Source of the DNA: the human T2T-CHM13v2.0 reference genome, Homo sapiens
NCBI RefSeq assembly: GCF_009914755.1
Contig: NC_060932.1
Direction: 5' to 3' (one strand)
DNA: 64,000 nt
This document shows, piece after piece, positions 63,131-64,000 of this stretch (the stretch's first letter is position 1; each line of letters opens with the position of its first letter). The translations under genes were made by a program, and so were the position numbers. The notes under the pieces are model-generated. The model saw only the letters and a list, made by a program, of their open reading frames with translations. It did no database searches and had not been told where the DNA came from.

Positions 63131-64000
63131 TTCATGATGAGGAAAGAGGGATGGGAGACTGTCTACGATGTTCATATATAAAAATCAAGACCTGATCCCA
63201 CACGCACTTGCCTATACTCTTGTCGGATTGTCTTTCACAAATTGCACAGAGGATTGATGGGTTGCCAGCAGGGGACCACTTGGTAGGTTTTAATGTACAG
63301 AGGCTGCAGGAGTGGGAGTAGGGAATAATCTTGTCAGGCTCCTACAAGCCAAAGCCTTCTGGAAGGATATTCTGAGGCTGCAGATTTTTGGCATTTAACA
63401 GCAGCTCAGGAGTAAGTTTAAGAATAATCAGTGAGGGGATGTTAATAGTAGCAGTCTAAAATTAGCCACTGAGAAGCCAAAGAATCAAAGAATTGTTGTA
63501 AGCTATGTTCAAAGGTAAAAACTAATTTGTTTCTTTTCCTTGTCTCCCCATAAGGAATTTACATGAAACTTAATGGCTTTGTGATTACATGAAGGTCTTT
63601 GCTTTCCTTCAGGCTGCATTTTTTTAGTGCTTTCTTACTAGGTAATTTTTCTCATTTGGTGAATAAAATTTATGTGTTGTAGGACTTTTTAATGTGTAAG
63701 TACCAAATCCTGAAACACTGATTTAAATGTTCTGAGATTCTGGAAGTCTAGAATAGTGAGAGATTTTTGAGTAGAAATGGCTTTATTTGTATTATGCAGC
63801 ATGGAATTGCCTAATGGCAAACATCAGAAACCTCGGCCTCTATACTGGCTTCTCTTCTGCCTCACACCACACGCCATTTCCTTTTATTTATTTATTTATT
63901 TTTTAATGCTCAATATTTTATTTGTATTGTTGTTTTCTATATAGATATGATAGGGCTTCATGATTTTTTGTTTTCCTTGAACTGATTCCCAAAGTATTAG

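Overview
Primate (very probably human) nuclear DNA, repeat-dense and intergenic or deep-intronic. I found no supportable cellular protein-coding gene; almost all ORF-track entries come from Alu, L1, LTR or microsatellite sequence. Contents: (1) an old mitochondrial insertion (NUMT; ATP8 3' end, ATP6, COX3 5' end, minus strand) cut by the left window edge. (2) A full-length but inactivated L1PA3/4-type LINE-1 (2324-8487, minus) that keeps the ~129-bp ZNF93-target segment and a truncated ORF0. (3) Two tiny twin-primed (5'-inverted) L1 insertions, one apparently carrying a ~22-bp 3' transduction. (4) About 20 Alus, some rearranged. (5) Many solo ERV/MaLR LTRs, including an LTR12 with an intact CCAAT array. 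(6) DNA transposons MER2, MER6 and MER58A. (7) A 178-bp pure pyrimidine tract. I see no convincing novel multi-gene system; the points of interest are retrotransposition and rearrangement scars and possible TE-derived regulatory elements. Repeat subfamily names come from my recall of consensus sequences and need RepeatMasker/Dfam confirmation.
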